Shown here in pieces: positions 40,559 through 58,500 of a DNA stretch of 64,000 nucleotides (position 1 is the first letter of the stretch; each line of letters opens with the position of its first letter). Source of the stretch: Eledone cirrhosa. Its lineage: Eukaryota. Below the pieces are notes generated by a model that had not been told where the DNA came from, did not search any database, and saw only the letters and a list, made by a program, of their open reading frames with translations. Where the stretch lies: NCBI GenBank assembly GCA_964016885.1, contig OZ024740.1:5952001-6016000 (forward strand), in the 5' to 3' direction. A program made the translations under genes and the position numbers.

Positions 40559-43500
40559 TATACATACCTCCACTGTACATACCTCCACTGTACATACCTC
40601 CACTGCACATACCTCCACTGTACATACCTCCACTGTACATACTTCCACTCACATACCTCCACTGTACATACCTCCACTGTACATACCTCCACTGCACATA
40701 CCTCCACTGTACATACCTCCACTGTACATACCACCACTCACATACCTCCACTGTACATACCTCCACTGTACATACCTCCACTGTACATACCTCCACTGTA
40801 CATACCACAACTCACATACCTCCACTGTACATATCTCCACTGTACATACCTCCACTGTACATACCTCCACTGTACATACCTCCACTGTACATACCACCAC
40901 TCACATACCTCCACTGTACATACCTCCACTGTACATACCTCCACTGTACATACCTCCACTGCACATACCTCCACTGTACATACCTCCACTGTACATACTT
41001 CCACTCACATACCTCCACTGTACATACCTCCACTGTACATACCTCCACTGTACATACCTCCACTGCACATACCTCCACTGTACATACCTCCACTGTACAT
41101 ACCACCACTCACATACCTCCACTGTACATACCTCCACTGTACATACCTCCACTGTACATACCTCCACTGCACATACCTCCTATGTACATACCTCCACTGT
41201 ACATACCTCCACTGTACATACCTCCACTGTACATACCTCCACTGTACATACCACCACTCACATACCTCCACTCTACATACCTCCACTGTACATACCTCCA
41301 CTGTACATACCTCCACTGTACATACCACAACTCACATACCTCCACTGTACATACCTCCACTGTACATACCTCCACTGCACATACCTCCACTGTACATAAC
41401 TCCACTGTACATACCTCCACTGCACATACCTCCTCTGTACATACCTCCTCTGTACATACCTCCACTGTACATACCTCCACTGCACATACCTCCACTGTAC
41501 ATACCTCCACTGTACATACCTCCACTGTACATACCTCCACTGAACATACCTCGACTGCACATACCTCCACTGGACATACCTCCACTGTACATACCTCCAC
41601 TGCACATACCTCCACTGCACATACCTCCACTGCACATACCCCCACTGTACATACCTCCACTGTACATACCTCCACTGCACATACCTCCACTGCACATACC
41701 TCCATTGTACATACCTCCACTGTACATACCTCCACTGTACATCCATCCAATGTACATACCTCCACTGTACATACCTCCACTGTACATACCTCCACTGTAC
41801 ATACCTCCATTGCACATACCTCCACTGTACATACCTCCACCGTACATACCTCCACTTGACATACCTCCACTGCACATACATCCACTGCACATACCTCCAC
41901 TGTAAATACCTCCACTGTACATACCTCCACTGCACATACCTCCACTGTACATACCTCCACTGCACATACCTCCACTGTACATACCTCCACTGTACATACC
42001 TCCACTGCACATACCTCCACTGCACATACCTCCTCTGTACATACCTCCACTGCACATACCTCCACTGTACATACCTCCACTGTACATAACTCCACTGCAC
42101 ATACCTCCACTGCACATACTTCCACTGCACATATCTCCACTGTACATACCTCCACTGCACATACCTCCATGGCACATACATCCACTGTACATACCTCCAC
42201 TGCACATACCTCCACTGCACATTTCTCCACTGCACATACCTCCACTGTACATACCTCCACTGTACATAACTCCACTGCACCTACCTCCACTGTACATTCC
42301 TCCACTGCACATACCTCCACTGCACATACCTCCACTGTTTCATACCTCCATTGCATATACCTCCACTGCACATATATCCACTGTACATACCTCCACTGCA
42401 CATACCTCCACTGCACATATCTCCACTGTACATACCTCCACTGCACATATATAGCTGCACTGTACATACCTCCACTGTACATAACTCCACTGCACATACC
42501 TCCACTGCACATACATACCGCCACTGCACATACCTCCACTGCACATACCTCCACTGTACATACCTTCACTGCACATAGCTCCACTGCACATACCGCCACT
42601 GTACATACCTCTGCTGTACATACCTCCACTGCACATACCTCCACTGTACATACCTCCACTGTACATAGCTCCACTGTACATACCTCCACTGTACATACCT
42701 CTAATGTACATACCTCCACTGCACATACCTCCACTGTACATACCTCCACTGTACATACCTCCACTGCACATACCTCCACTGTACATACCTCCACTGCAGA
42801 TAGATAACAGCACTGTACATACCTCCACTGTACATACCTCCACTGCACATACCTCCACTGTACATACCTCCACTGCACATACATACCTCCACTGCACATA
42901 CCTCCACTGCACACCTCCACTGTACATACCCCCACTCCACATACATCCACTGTACATACCTCCACTGCACATACCTCCACTGCACATATCTCCACTGCAC
43001 ACGACCTCCCCTGCACATAACTCCACTGTACATACCTCCACTGCACATACCTCCACATCACATATCTCCACTGCACATACCTCCACTGCACATACCTCCA
43101 CTGCACATACCTCCACTGTACATACCTCCACTGCACATACATCCACTGCACATATCTCCATTGCACATACCTCCACTGCACATACCTCCACTGCACACCT
43201 CCACTGTACATACCCCCACTCCACATACCTCCACTGTACATACCTCCACTGTACATACCACCACTGCACATACCTCCACTGTAGATACCTCCACTGCACA
43301 TAGCTCTACTGCACATACCTCCACTGTACATACCTCCACTGCACATACCTCCACTGCACATACCTCCATTGTACATAGATACCTGCTCTGTACATACCTC
43401 CACCGTACATACCTCCACTGCACATACCTCCACTGCACATACCTCCACTGCACATACCTCCACTGTACATACCTCCACTGTACATACCTCCACTGTAGAT

Positions 43501-46500
43501 ACCTCCACTGTACATACCTCCACTGTAGATACCTCCACTGCACATAGCTCCACTGCACATACCTCCACTGCACATACCTCCACTGCACATACCTCCACTG
43601 CACATACATCCATGGTACATACCTCCACTCTACATACCTCCACTCTACATACCTCCACTGTTCATACCTCCACTGTAGATACCTCCACTGTACATACCTC
43701 CACTGTAGATACCTCCACTGCACATACCTCCACTATAAATACCTCCACTATACATACCTCCACTGCACATACCTCCACTATACATGCCTCCACTGTACAT
43801 ACATCCACTGTACATACCTCCACTGCACATACCTCCAGTGCACATACCTCCACTGTACATACCTCCACTGTACATACCTCCACTGCACATACCTCCACAT
43901 CACATATCTCCACTGCACATACCTCCACTGCACATACCTCCACTGCACATACATCCACTGTACATACCTCCATTGCACATACCTCCACTGCACATATCTC
44001 CATTGCACATACCTCCACTGCACATACCTCCACTGCACACCTCCACTGTACATACCTCCACTGCATATACCACCACTGTACATACCTCGACTGCACATAC
44101 CTCCACTGTACATACCTCCACTGTACATACCTCCACTGCACATACCTCCACTGCACATACCTCCACTGCACATATCTCTACTGCACATACCTCCACTGCA
44201 CATACCTCCACTGCACATACATCCACTATACATACCTCCACTGCACATCATACATCCACTGCACATATCTCCACTGTACATACCTCCACTGCACATACCT
44301 CCACTGCACATACCTCCACTGTACATACCTCCACCATACGTACCTCCACTGCACATACCTCCACTGTACATACCTCCACTGTACATACCTCCTCTGTACA
44401 TACCTCCACTGTACATACCGCCACTCTACATACCTCCACTGTACATACCTCCACTTCACATACCTCCACTGCACATACCTCCACTGCACATACCTCCACT
44501 GTACATACCACCACTGCACATACCTCCACTGTACATACCTCCACTCCACATACCTCCACTGTACATACCTCCGCTGCACATCATACATCCACTGCACATA
44601 TCTCCACTGTACATACCTCCACTGCACATACCTCCACTGCACATACCTCCACAGCACATACCTCCACTGTACATACCTCCACTGTACATACCACCACTGC
44701 ACATACCTCCACTGTACATACCTCCACTGCACATACCTCCACTGTACATACCTCCACTTCACATACCTCCACTGCACATACCTCCACTGCACATACCTCC
44801 TCTGTACATACCTCCACTGTACATACCGCCACCGTATATACCTCCACTGTACATACCTCCACTGTACATACCTCCACTGTACATACCTCCTCTGTACATA
44901 CCTCCACTGTACATAGCTCCACTGCACATGCCTCCACTGTACATACCTCCACTGTACATACCTCCACTGTACATACCTTCACTGATCATACCTCCACTGC
45001 ACATACCTCCACTGTACATACGTCCACTGTACATACCTCCACTGTACATACCTCCTCTGTACATACCTCCACTGTACATAGCTCCACTGCACATACCTCC
45101 ACTGTACATACCTCCACTGTACATACCTCCACTGTACATACCTCCACTGTACATACCTCCTCTGCACATACCTCCACTGCACATACCTCCACTGCACATA
45201 CCTCCACTGTACATACCTCCACGGTACAAACATCCAATGTACATACCTCCACTGTACATAGCTCCACCTTACATACCTCCACTGCACATACCTCCAGTGC
45301 ACATACCTACACTGTACATACCTCCACCGTACATACCTCCGCTGCACATACCTCCACTGCACATACATCCACTGCACATACCTCCACTGTAAATACCTCC
45401 ACTGTACATACCTCCACTGCACATACCTCCACTGCACATACTTCCACTGCACATATCTCCACTGCACATACCTCCACTGCACATAACTTCACTGCACATA
45501 TCTCCACTGAACATACCTCCACTGCACATACCTCCACTGCACATACATCCACTGTACATACTCCCACTGCACATACGTCCACTGCACATATCTCCACTGC
45601 ACATACCTACACTGTACATATCTCCACTGTACATACCTCCACTTACATACCATTGTACATACCTCCACTGTACATACCTACACTGCACATACTTCCACAG
45701 CACATTCCTCCACTGTACATATCTCCACTGCACATAGATCCACTGTACATACCTCCATTGCACATACCTCCACTGTACATACCTCCACTGCACATACCTC
45801 CATTCCACATACCTCCACTGTACATACCTCCACTGTACATACCTCCACTGCACATACACCCACTATACATAACTCCACTGCACATACCTCCACTGCACAT
45901 ACATACCTCCACTGTACTTACCTCCATGCACATACCTCCACTGCACATACCTGCACTGCACATACCTCCACTGCACATACCTCCACTGCACATACATACC
46001 TCCATTGTACATACCTCCACTGCACATACCTCCACTGTACATACCTCCACTTTACATACCTCCACTGTACAAAACTCCACTGTACATACCACCACTGCAC
46101 ATACCTCCACTGTACATAACTCTACTGTACATACCTCCATTGCTCATACCTCCACGGTACATACCTCCATTGCACATACCTCCACGGTACATACCTCCAT
46201 TGTACATACCTCCACTGTACATACCTCCACTGTACATACATCCACTGCACATACCTCCACTGTACATAACTCTACTGTACATACCTCCATTGCACATACC
46301 TCCACGGTACATACCTCCATTGCAAAACAGCTCAACTGTACATACCTCCACTGTACATACATACCTTCACTGTACATACCTCCACTGTACATACCTCCAC
46401 TGCAGATACCTCCACTGTACATACCTCCACTGTACATGCCTCCACTGCACATACCTCCACTGTGCATACCTCCACTGCACATAGATACCTGCACTGTACA

Positions 46501-49500
46501 TACCTCCACTGTACATACCTCCACTGCACATAGCTCCACTGCACATACCTCCACTGTACATACCTCTACTGTACATATCTCCACTGCACATACCTCCACT
46601 GTACATGCCTCCACTGTACATACCTCCACTGTACATACCTCCACTGTACATTCCTCCACTGTACATATCTCCACTGTACATACCTCCACTGTACATTCCT
46701 CCACTGCACATACCTCCACTGTACATACCTCTACTGTACACATCTCCACTGCACATACCTCCACTGTACATGCCTCCACTGTACACACCTCCACTGTACA
46801 TACCTCCACTGTACATTCCTCCACGGCACAAACCTCCACTGTACATTCCTCCAATGCACATACCTCCACTGTACATACCTCCACTGTACATACCTCCACT
46901 GCACATACCTCCACTGCACATACCTCCACTGCACATACCTCCACTGCACATACATCCACTGTACATACCTCCACTGCACATATCTCCACTGCACATACCT
47001 ACACTGTACATATCTCCACTGTACATACCTCCACTTACATACCACTGTACATACCTCCACTGTACATACCTACACTGCACATACTTCCACAGCACATTCC
47101 TCCACTGTACATATCTCCACTGCACATAGATCCACTGTACATACCTCCAATGCACATAACTCCACTGTACATACCTCCACTGCACATACCTCCATTGCAC
47201 ATACCTCCACTGTACATACCTCCACTGTACATACCTCCACTGCACATACACCCACTCTACATAACTCCACTGCACATACCTCCACTGCACATACATACCT
47301 CCACTGTACTTACCTCCATGCACATACCTCCACTGCACATACCTGCACTGCAAATACCTCCACTGCACATACCTCCACTGCACATACATACCTCCATTGT
47401 ACATACCTCCACTGCACATACCTCCACTGTACATACCTCCACTGTACATACCTCCACTGTACAAAACTCCACTGTACATACCTCCACTGCACATACCTCC
47501 ACTGTACATAACTCTACTGTACATACCTCCATTGCACATACCTCCACGGTACATACCTCCATTGCACATACCTCCACGGTACATACCTCCATTGTACATA
47601 CCTCCACTGTACATACCTCCACTGTACATACATACCTTCACTCTACATACCTCCACTGTACATACCTCCACTGTACATACCTCCTCTGTACATACCTCCA
47701 CTGTACATAGCTCCACTGCACATACCTCCACTGTACATACCTCCACTGTACATACCTCCACTGTACATACCTTCACTGAACATACCTCCACTGCACATAC
47801 ATCCACTGTACATACCTCCACTGTACATACCTCCACAGCACATACCTCCACTGCACATACCTCCACTGCACATACCTCCACTGTACATACCTCCACTGTA
47901 CATACCTCCTCTGCACATACCTCCACTGCACATACCTAAACTGCACATACCTCCACTGTACATACCTCCACGGTACAACCATCCAATGTACATACCTCCA
48001 CTGTACATACCTCCACCTTACATACATCCACTGCACATACCTCCAGTGCACATACCTTCACTGTACATACCTCCACCGTACATACCTCCACTGCACATAC
48101 CTCCACTGCACATACATCCACTGCACATACCTCCACTGTAAATACCTCCACTGTACATACCTCCACTGCACATACCTCCACTGTACATACCTCCACTGCA
48201 CATACCTCCACTGCACATATCTCCACTGCACATACCTCCACTGCACATACCTCCGCTGCACATATCTCCACTATACAAACCTCCACTGCACATACCTCCA
48301 CTGTACATAACTCCACTGCACATACTTCCACTACACATACCTACACTGTACATACCTCCACTGTACATAACACCACTGCACATACCTCCACTGCACATGC
48401 CACCACTGTACATACCTCCACTGTACATACCTCCACTGCACATACCTCCACTGCACATGACTCCACTGTACATACCTCCACTGTACATACCTCCATTGTA
48501 CATACCTCCACTGCACATAGCTCCACTGTACATACCTCCACTGCACATACCTCCACTGTACATACCTCCACTGTACATACCTCCACTGCACATACCTCCA
48601 CTGCACATACCTCCACTGCACACATCTCCACTGTACATACCTCCACTGCACATACCTCCATGGCACATACATCCACTGTACATACCTCCACTGAACATAC
48701 CTCCACTGCACAGATCTCCACTGCACATACCTCCCCTGCACATACCTCCAATGCACATATCTCCACTGTACATACCTCCACTGTACATACATCCACTGCA
48801 CATACCTCCGCTGCTCATACATACCTCCACCGTACATACCTCGACTGTACATACCTCCACTGTACATACCACCACTGTACATACCTCCACTGTACATACC
48901 TCCACTGCACATACCTCAACTGCACATATCTCCACTGCACATAGATACCTGCACTGTACATACCTCCACTGTACATAACTCCACTGCACGTACCTCCACT
49001 GTATATGCCTCCACTGCACATACATTCCGCCACTGCCAATACCTCCACTGTACATACCTCCACTGCACATACCTCCACTGTACATACCTTCACTGCACGT
49101 AGCTCCACTGCACATACCGCCACTGTACATACCTCTACTGTACATACCTCCACTGCACATACCTCCACTGTACATACCTCCACTGTACATACCTCCACTG
49201 CACATACCTCCACTGTGCATACCTCCACTGCACATAGATAACAGCACTGTACATACCTCCACTGCACATCCATACCTCCACTGCACATACCTCCACTGCA
49301 CACCTCCACTGTACATACCTCCACTGCACATACATCCACTGTACATACCTCCACTGCACATACCTCAACTGCACATATCTCCACTGTACATAACTCCACT
49401 GCACATACCTCCACTGCACACCTCCACTGTACATACCTCCACTGCACATACATCCACTGTACATACCTCCACTGCACATACCTCAACTGCACATATCTCC

Positions 49501-52500
49501 ACTGTACATACCTCCACTGCACATACCTCCACTGCACACCTCCACTGCACATACCTCCCCTGCACATACCTCCACTGTACATACCTCCACTGCACATACC
49601 TCCACAGCACATACCTCCACTGCACATACCTCCACTACACATACCTCCACTGCACATATCTCTACTGCACATACCTCCGCTGCACATATCTCCTATATAC
49701 ATACTTCCACTGCACATACCTACACTGTACATACCTACACTGTACATACCACCACTGCACATACCTCCACTATACATAGCTCCACTGCACATCCATACCT
49801 CCACTGCACATGCCTCCACTGTCGATACCTCCACTGCACATAGCTCCACTGCACATACCTCCACTGTACATATCTCCACTGTACATACCTCCACTGTACA
49901 TACCTCCACTGCACACACCTCCACTGTACGTACCTCCACTGTACATACTTCCACTGCACATACCTCCACTGTACTTACCTCCACTGTACATACCACCACT
50001 GCACATACCTCCACTGCACATCCATTCCTCCACTGTACATACCTCCACTGTACATACCTCCACTGCACATACCTCCACTGCACATACCTCCACTGTACAT
50101 ACCTCCACTGCCCATACCTCTACTCTACATACCTCCACTGGACATACATCCACTGCACATACCTCCACTGTACATACCTCCACTGTACATACCTCCACTG
50201 TACATACCTCCACTGTACATACCTCCATTACACATACCTCCTATGTACATACCTCCAATGCACATACCTCCACTGCAGATACCTCCACAGTACATACCTC
50301 GACTGAACATACCTCCACTGCACATACCTCCACTGCACATACCTCCAGTGTACATACCTCCACTGCACATATCTCAACTGTACATACCTCCACTGCACAT
50401 ACCTCCACTGCACATACCTCCACTGTACATACCTCCACTGTACACACCTCCACTGCACATACCTCCACTGTACATACCTCCACTGCGCATAGATACATGC
50501 ACTGTACATACCTCCACCGTACATACCCCACTGCACATACCTCCAATGCACATATATCCACTGCACATACCTCCACTGTAAATACCTCCACTGTACATAC
50601 CTCCACTGCACACACCTCCACTGTACAGGCCTCCACTGCACATACCTCCACTGTACATACGTCCACTGTACATACCTCCATTGTACATACCTCCACTGCA
50701 CATACCACCACTGTACATACCTCCACTGCACATACCTCCACTGTACATACCTCAACTGTACATACCTCCACTGCACATACCTCAACTGCACATACCTCCA
50801 CTGCACATATCTCTACTGCACATACCTCCACTGCACATACATCCACTGCACATAGATACCTGCCCTGTACATACCTCCACCGTACATACCTCCACCGCAC
50901 ATACCTCCAATGCACATATATCCACTGCACATACCTCCACTGTAAATACCTCCACTGTACATACCTCCACTGCACATACCTCCACTGTACATGCCTCCAC
51001 TGTACATACCTCCACTATACATACCTCCACTGCACATACCACCACTGTACATACCTCCACTGCACATACCTCCACTGTACATAACTCCACTGTACATACC
51101 ACCACTGCACATACCTCCACTGCACATACCTCCACTGCACATATCTCTACTGCACATACCTCCACTGCACATACCACCGCTGCACCTACCTCCACTGTAC
51201 ATTCCCTCACTGCACATACATCCACTATACATACCTCCACTGCACATCATACATCCACTGCACATAGCTGCACTGTACATAGCTCCACTGCACATACCTC
51301 CACTGTACATACCTCCACTATACATACCTCCACTGCACATACCACCACTGTACATACCTCCACTGCACATACCTCCACTGTACATAACTCCACTGTACAT
51401 ACCACCACTGCACATACAACCACTGCACATACCTCCACTGCACATACCTCCACTGTACATACCTCCACTGTACATACCACCGCTGCACCTACCTCCACTG
51501 TACATTCCCCCACTGCACATACCTCCACTGCACATACCTCGACTGTACATACCTCCATTGCATATACCTCCACGCCACATATATCCACTGTACATACCTC
51601 CACTGTACATACCTCCACTGCACATACCTCCACTGCACATATCTCCACTGCACATACCTCCACTGCACATAACTTCACTGCACATATCTCCACTGTACAT
51701 ACCTCCACTGCACATACCTCCACTGCACATACATCCACTGTACATACCCCCACTGCACATACCTCCACTGCACATATCTCCACTGCACATACCTACACTG
51801 TACATATCTCCACTGTACATACCTCCACTTACATACCACTGTACATACCTCCACTGTACATACCTACACTGCACATACTTCCACAGCACATTCCTCCACT
51901 GTACATATCTCCACTGCACATAGACCCACTGTACATACCTCCAATGCAGATAACTCCACTGTACATACCTCCACTGCACATACCTCCATTGCACATACCT
52001 CCACTGTACATACCTCCACTGTACATACCTCCACTGCACATACACCCACTATACATAACTCCACTGCACATACCTCCACTGCACATACATACCTCCACTG
52101 TACTTACCTCCATGCACATACCTCCACTGCACATACCTCCACTGTACATACCTCCTGTGTACATACCTCCACTGTACAAAACTCCACTGTACATACCTCC
52201 ACTGCACATACCTCCACTGTACATAACTCTACTGTACATACCTCCATTGCACATACCTCCACGGTATATACCTCCATTGCACATACCTCCACGGTACATA
52301 CCTCCACTGTACACACCTCCACTGCACATATCTCTACTGGACATACCTCCACTGCAGATACCTCCACTGTACATACCTCCACTGTACATGCCTCCACTGC
52401 ACATACCTCCACTGTGCATACCTCCACTGCACATAGATACCTGCACTGTACATACCTCCACTGTACATACCTCCACTGCACATAGCTCCACTGCACATAC

Positions 52501-55500
52501 CTCCACTGTACATACCTCTACTGTACATATCTCCACTGCAGAAACCTCCACTGTACATGCCTCCACTGTACATACCTCCACTGTACATACCTCCACTGTA
52601 CATTCCTCCACTGCACATACCTCCACTGTACATACCTCTACTGTACACATCTCCACTGCACATACCTCCACTGTACATGCCTCCACTGTACATACCTCCA
52701 CTGTACATACCTCCACTGTACATTCCTCCACTGCACAAACCTCCACTGTACATTCCTCCAATGCACATACCTCCACTGTACATACCTTCACTGTACATAC
52801 CTCCACTGCACATACCTCCACTGCATATTCCTCCACTCTACATACCTCCATTGTACATACCTCCACTGTACATACCTCCACTGCACATACCACCACTGTA
52901 CATACCTCCACTGCACATACCTCCACTGCACATACCTCCACTGCACATACATCCACTGTACATACCCCCACTGCACATACCTCCACTGCACATATCTCCA
53001 CTGCACATACCTACACTGTACATATCTCCACTGTACATACCTCCACTTACATACCACTGTACATATCTCCACTGTACATACCTCCACTGCACATACCTCC
53101 ACTGCACATACCTCCACTGCACATACATCCACTGTACATACCCCCACTGCACATACCTCCACTGCACATATCTCCACTGCACATACCTACACTGTACATA
53201 TCTCCACTGTACATACCTCCACTTACATACCACTGTACATACCTCCACTGTACATACCTATACTGCTCATACTTCCACAGCACATTCCTCCACTGTACAT
53301 ATCTCCACTGCACATAGATCCACTGTACATACCTCCAATGCACATAACTCCACTGTACATACCTCCACTGCACATACCTCCATTGCACATACCTCCACTG
53401 TACATACCTCCACTGTACATACCTCCACTGCACATACACCCACTATACATAACTCCACTGCACATACCTCCACTGCACATACATACCTCCACTGTACTTA
53501 CCTCCATGCACATACCTCCACTGCACATACCTGCACTGCACATACCTCCACTGCACATACCTCCACTGCACATACATACCTCCATTGTACATACCTCCAC
53601 TGCACATACCTCCACTGTACATACCTCCACTGTACATACCTCCACTGTACAAAACTCTACTGTACATACCTCCATTGCACATACCTCCACGGTACATACC
53701 TCCATTGCACATACCTCGACGGTACATACCTCCATTGTACATACCTCCACTGTACATACCTCCACTGTACATACATCCACTGCACATACCTCCACTGTAC
53801 ATAACTCTACTGTACATACCTCCATTGCACATACCTCCAAGGTACATACCTCCATTGCAAAACAGCTCAACTGTACATACCTCCACTGTACATACATACC
53901 TTCACTGTACATACCTCCACTGTACATACCTCCACTGTACACACCTCCACTGCACATACCTCTACTGTACATACCTCCACTGCAGATACCTCCACTGTAC
54001 ATACCTCCACTGCACATAGATACCTGCACTGTACATACCTCCACTGTACATACCTCCACTGCACATAGCTCCACTGCACATACCTCCACTGTACATACCT
54101 CTACTGTACATATCTCCACTGCACATACCTCCACTGTACATGCCTCCACTGTACATACCTCCACTGTACATACCTCCACTGTACATTCCTCCACTGTACA
54201 TACCTCCACTGTACATACCTCCACTGTACATTCCTCCACTGCACACCTCCACTGTACATACCCCCACTCCACATACCTCCACTGTACATACCTCCACTGT
54301 ACATACCACCACTGCACATACCTCCACTGTAGATACCTCCACTGCACATAGCTCTACTGCACATACCTCCACTGTACATACCTCCACTGCACATACCTCC
54401 ACTGCACATACCTCCATTGTACATAGATACCTGCTCTGTACATACCTCCACCGTACATACCTCCACTGCACATACCTCCACTGCACATACCTCCACTGCA
54501 CATACCTCCACTGTACATACCTCCACTGTACATACCTCCACTGTAGATACCTCCACTGTACATACCTCCACTGTAGATACCTCCACTGCACATAGCTCCA
54601 CTGCACATACCTCCACTGCACATACCTCCACTGCACATACCTCCACTGCACATACATCCATGGTACATACCTCCACTCTACATACCTCCACTCTACATAC
54701 CTCCACTGTTCATACCTCCACTGTAGATACCTCCACTGTACATACCTCCACTGTAGATACCTCCACTGCACATACCTCCACTATAAATACCTCCACTATA
54801 CATACCTCCACTGCACATACCTCCACTATACATGCCTCCACTGTACATACATCCACTGTACATACCTCCACTGCACATACCTCCAGTGCACATACCTCCA
54901 CTGTACATACCTCCACTGTACATACCTCCACTGCACATACCTCCACATCACATATCTCCACTGCACATACCTCCACTGCACATACCTCCACTGCACATAC
55001 ATCCACTGTACATACCTCCATTGCACATACCTCCACTGCACATATCTCCATTGCACATACCTCCACTGCACATACCTCCACTGCACACCTCCACTGTACA
55101 TACCTCCACTGCATATACCACCACTGTACATACCTCGACTGCACATACCTCCACTGTACATACCTCCACTGTACATACCTCCACTGCACATACCTCCACT
55201 GCACATACCTCCACTGCACATATCTCTACTGCACATACCTCCACTGCACATACCTCCACTGCACATACATCCACTATACATACCTAAACTGCACATCATA
55301 CATCCACTGCACATATCTCCACTGTACATACCTCCACTGCACATACCTCCACTGCACATACCTCCACTGTACATACCTCCACCATACGTACCTCCACTGC
55401 ACATACCTCCACTGTACATACCTCCACTGTACATACCTCCTCTGTACATACCTCCACTGTACATACCGCCACTCTACATACCTCCACTGTACATACCTCC

Positions 55501-58500
55501 ACTTCACATACCTCCACTGCACATACCTCCACTGCACATACCTCCACTGTACATACCACCACTGCACATACCTCCACTGTACATACCTCCACTCCACATA
55601 CCTCCACTGTACATACCTCCACTGCACATCATACATCCACTGCACATATCTCCACTGTACATACCTCCACTGCACATACCTCCACTGCACATACCTCCAC
55701 AGCACATACCTCCACTGTACATACCTCCACTGTACATACCACCACTGCACATACCTCCACTGTACATACCTCCACTGCACATACCTCCACTGTACATACC
55801 TCCACTTCACATACCTCCACTGCACATACCTCCACTGCACATACCTCCTCTGTACATACCTCCACTGTACATACCGCCACCGTATATACCTCCACTGTAC
55901 ATACCTCCACTGTACATACCTCCACTGTACATACCTCCTCTGTACATACCTCCACTGTACATAGCTCCACTGCACATGCCTCCACTGTACATACCTCCAC
56001 TGTACATACCTCCACTGTACATACCTTCACTGATCATACCTCCACTGCACATACCTCCACTGTACATACGTCCATGGTACATACCTCCACTGTACATACC
56101 TCCTCTGTACATACCTCCACTGTACATAGCTCCACTGCACATACCTCCACTGTACATACCTCCACTGTACATACCTCCACTGTACATACCTCCACTGTAC
56201 ATACCTCCTCTGCACATACCTCCACTGCACATACCTCCACTGCACATACCTCCACTGTACATACCTCCACGGTACAAACATCCAATGTACATACCTCCAC
56301 TGTACATAGCTCCACCTTACATACCTCCACTGCACATACCTCCAGTGCACATACCTACACTGTACATACCTCCACCGTACATACCTCCGCTGCACATACC
56401 TCCACTGCACATACATCCACTGCACATACCTCCACTGTAAATACCTCCACTGTACATACCTCCACTGCACATACCTCCACTGCACATACTTCCACTGCAC
56501 ATATCTCCACTGCACATACCTCCACTGCACATAACTTCACTGCACATATCTCCACTGAACATACCTCCACTGCACATACCTCCACTGCACATACATCCAC
56601 TGTACATACTCCCACTGCACATACGTCCACTGCACATATCTCCACTGCACATACCTACACTGTACATATCTCCACTGTACATACCTCCACTTACATACCA
56701 TTGTACATACCTCCACTGTACATACCTACACTGCACATACTTCCACAGCACATTCCTCCACTGTACATATCTCCACTGCACATAGATCCACTGTACATAC
56801 CTCCATTGCACATACCTCCACTGTACATACCTCCACTGCACATACCTCCATTCCACATACCTCCACTGTACATACCTCCACTGTACATACCTCCACTGCA
56901 CATACACCCACTATACATAACTCCACTGCACATACCTCCACTGCACATACATACCTCCACTGTACTTACCTCCATGCACATACCTCCACTGCACATACCT
57001 GCACTGCACATACCTCCACTGCACATACCTCCACTGCACATACATACCTCCATTGTACATACCTCCACTGCACATACCTCCACTGTACATACCTCCACTT
57101 TACATACCTCCACTGTACAAAACTCCACTGTACATACCACCACTGCACATACCTCCACTGTACATAACTCTACTGTACATACCTCCATTGCTCATACCTC
57201 CACGGTACATACCTCCATTGCACATACCTCCACGGTACATACCTCCATTGTACATACCTCCACTGTACATACCTCCACTGTACATACATCCACTGCACAT
57301 ACCTCCACTGTACATAACTCTACTGTACATACCTCCATTGCACATACCTCCACGGTACATACCTCCATTGCAAAACAGCTCAACTGTACATACCTCCACT
57401 GTACATACATACCTTCACTGTACATACCTCCACTGTACATACCTCCACTGCAGATACCTCCACTGTACATACCTCCACTGTACATGCCTCCACTGCACAT
57501 ACCTCCACTGTGCATACCTCCACTGCACATAGATACCTGCACTGTACATACCTCCACTGTACATACCTCCACTGCACATAGCTCCACTGCACATACCTCC
57601 ACTGTACATACCTCTACTGTACATATCTCCACTGCACATACCTCCACTGTACATGCCTCCACTGTACATACCTCCACTGTACATACCTCCACTGTACATT
57701 CCTCCACTGTACATATCTCCACTGTACATACCTCCACTGTACATTCCTCCACTGCACATACCTCCACTGTACATACCTCTACTGTACACATCTCCACTGC
57801 ACATACCTCCACTGTACATGCCTCCACTGTACACACCTCCACTGTACATACCTCCACTGTACATTCCTCCACGGCACAAACCTCCACTGTACATTCCTCC
57901 AATGCACATACCTCCACTGTACATACCTCCACTGTACATACCTCCACTGCACATACCTCCACTGCACATACCTCCACTGCACATACCTCCACTGCACATA
58001 CATCCACTGTACATACCTCCACTGCACATATCTCCACTGCACATACCTACACTGTACATATCTCCACTGTACATACCTCCACTTACATACCACTGTACAT
58101 ACCTCCACTGTACATACCTACACTGCACATACTTCCACAGCACATTCCTCCACTGTACATATCTCCACTGCACATAGATCCACTGTACATACCTCCAATG
58201 CACATAACTCCACTGTACATACCTCCACTGCACATACCTCCATTGCACATACCTCCACTGTACATACCTCCACTGTACATACCTCCACTGCACATACACC
58301 CACTCTACATAACTCCACTGCACATACCTCCACTGCACATACATACCTCCACTGTACTTACCTCCATGCACATACCTCCACTGCACATACCTGCACTGCA
58401 AATACCTCCACTGCACATACCTCCACTGCACATACATACCTCCATTGTACATACCTCCACTGCACATACCTCCACTGTACATACCTCCACTGTACATACC

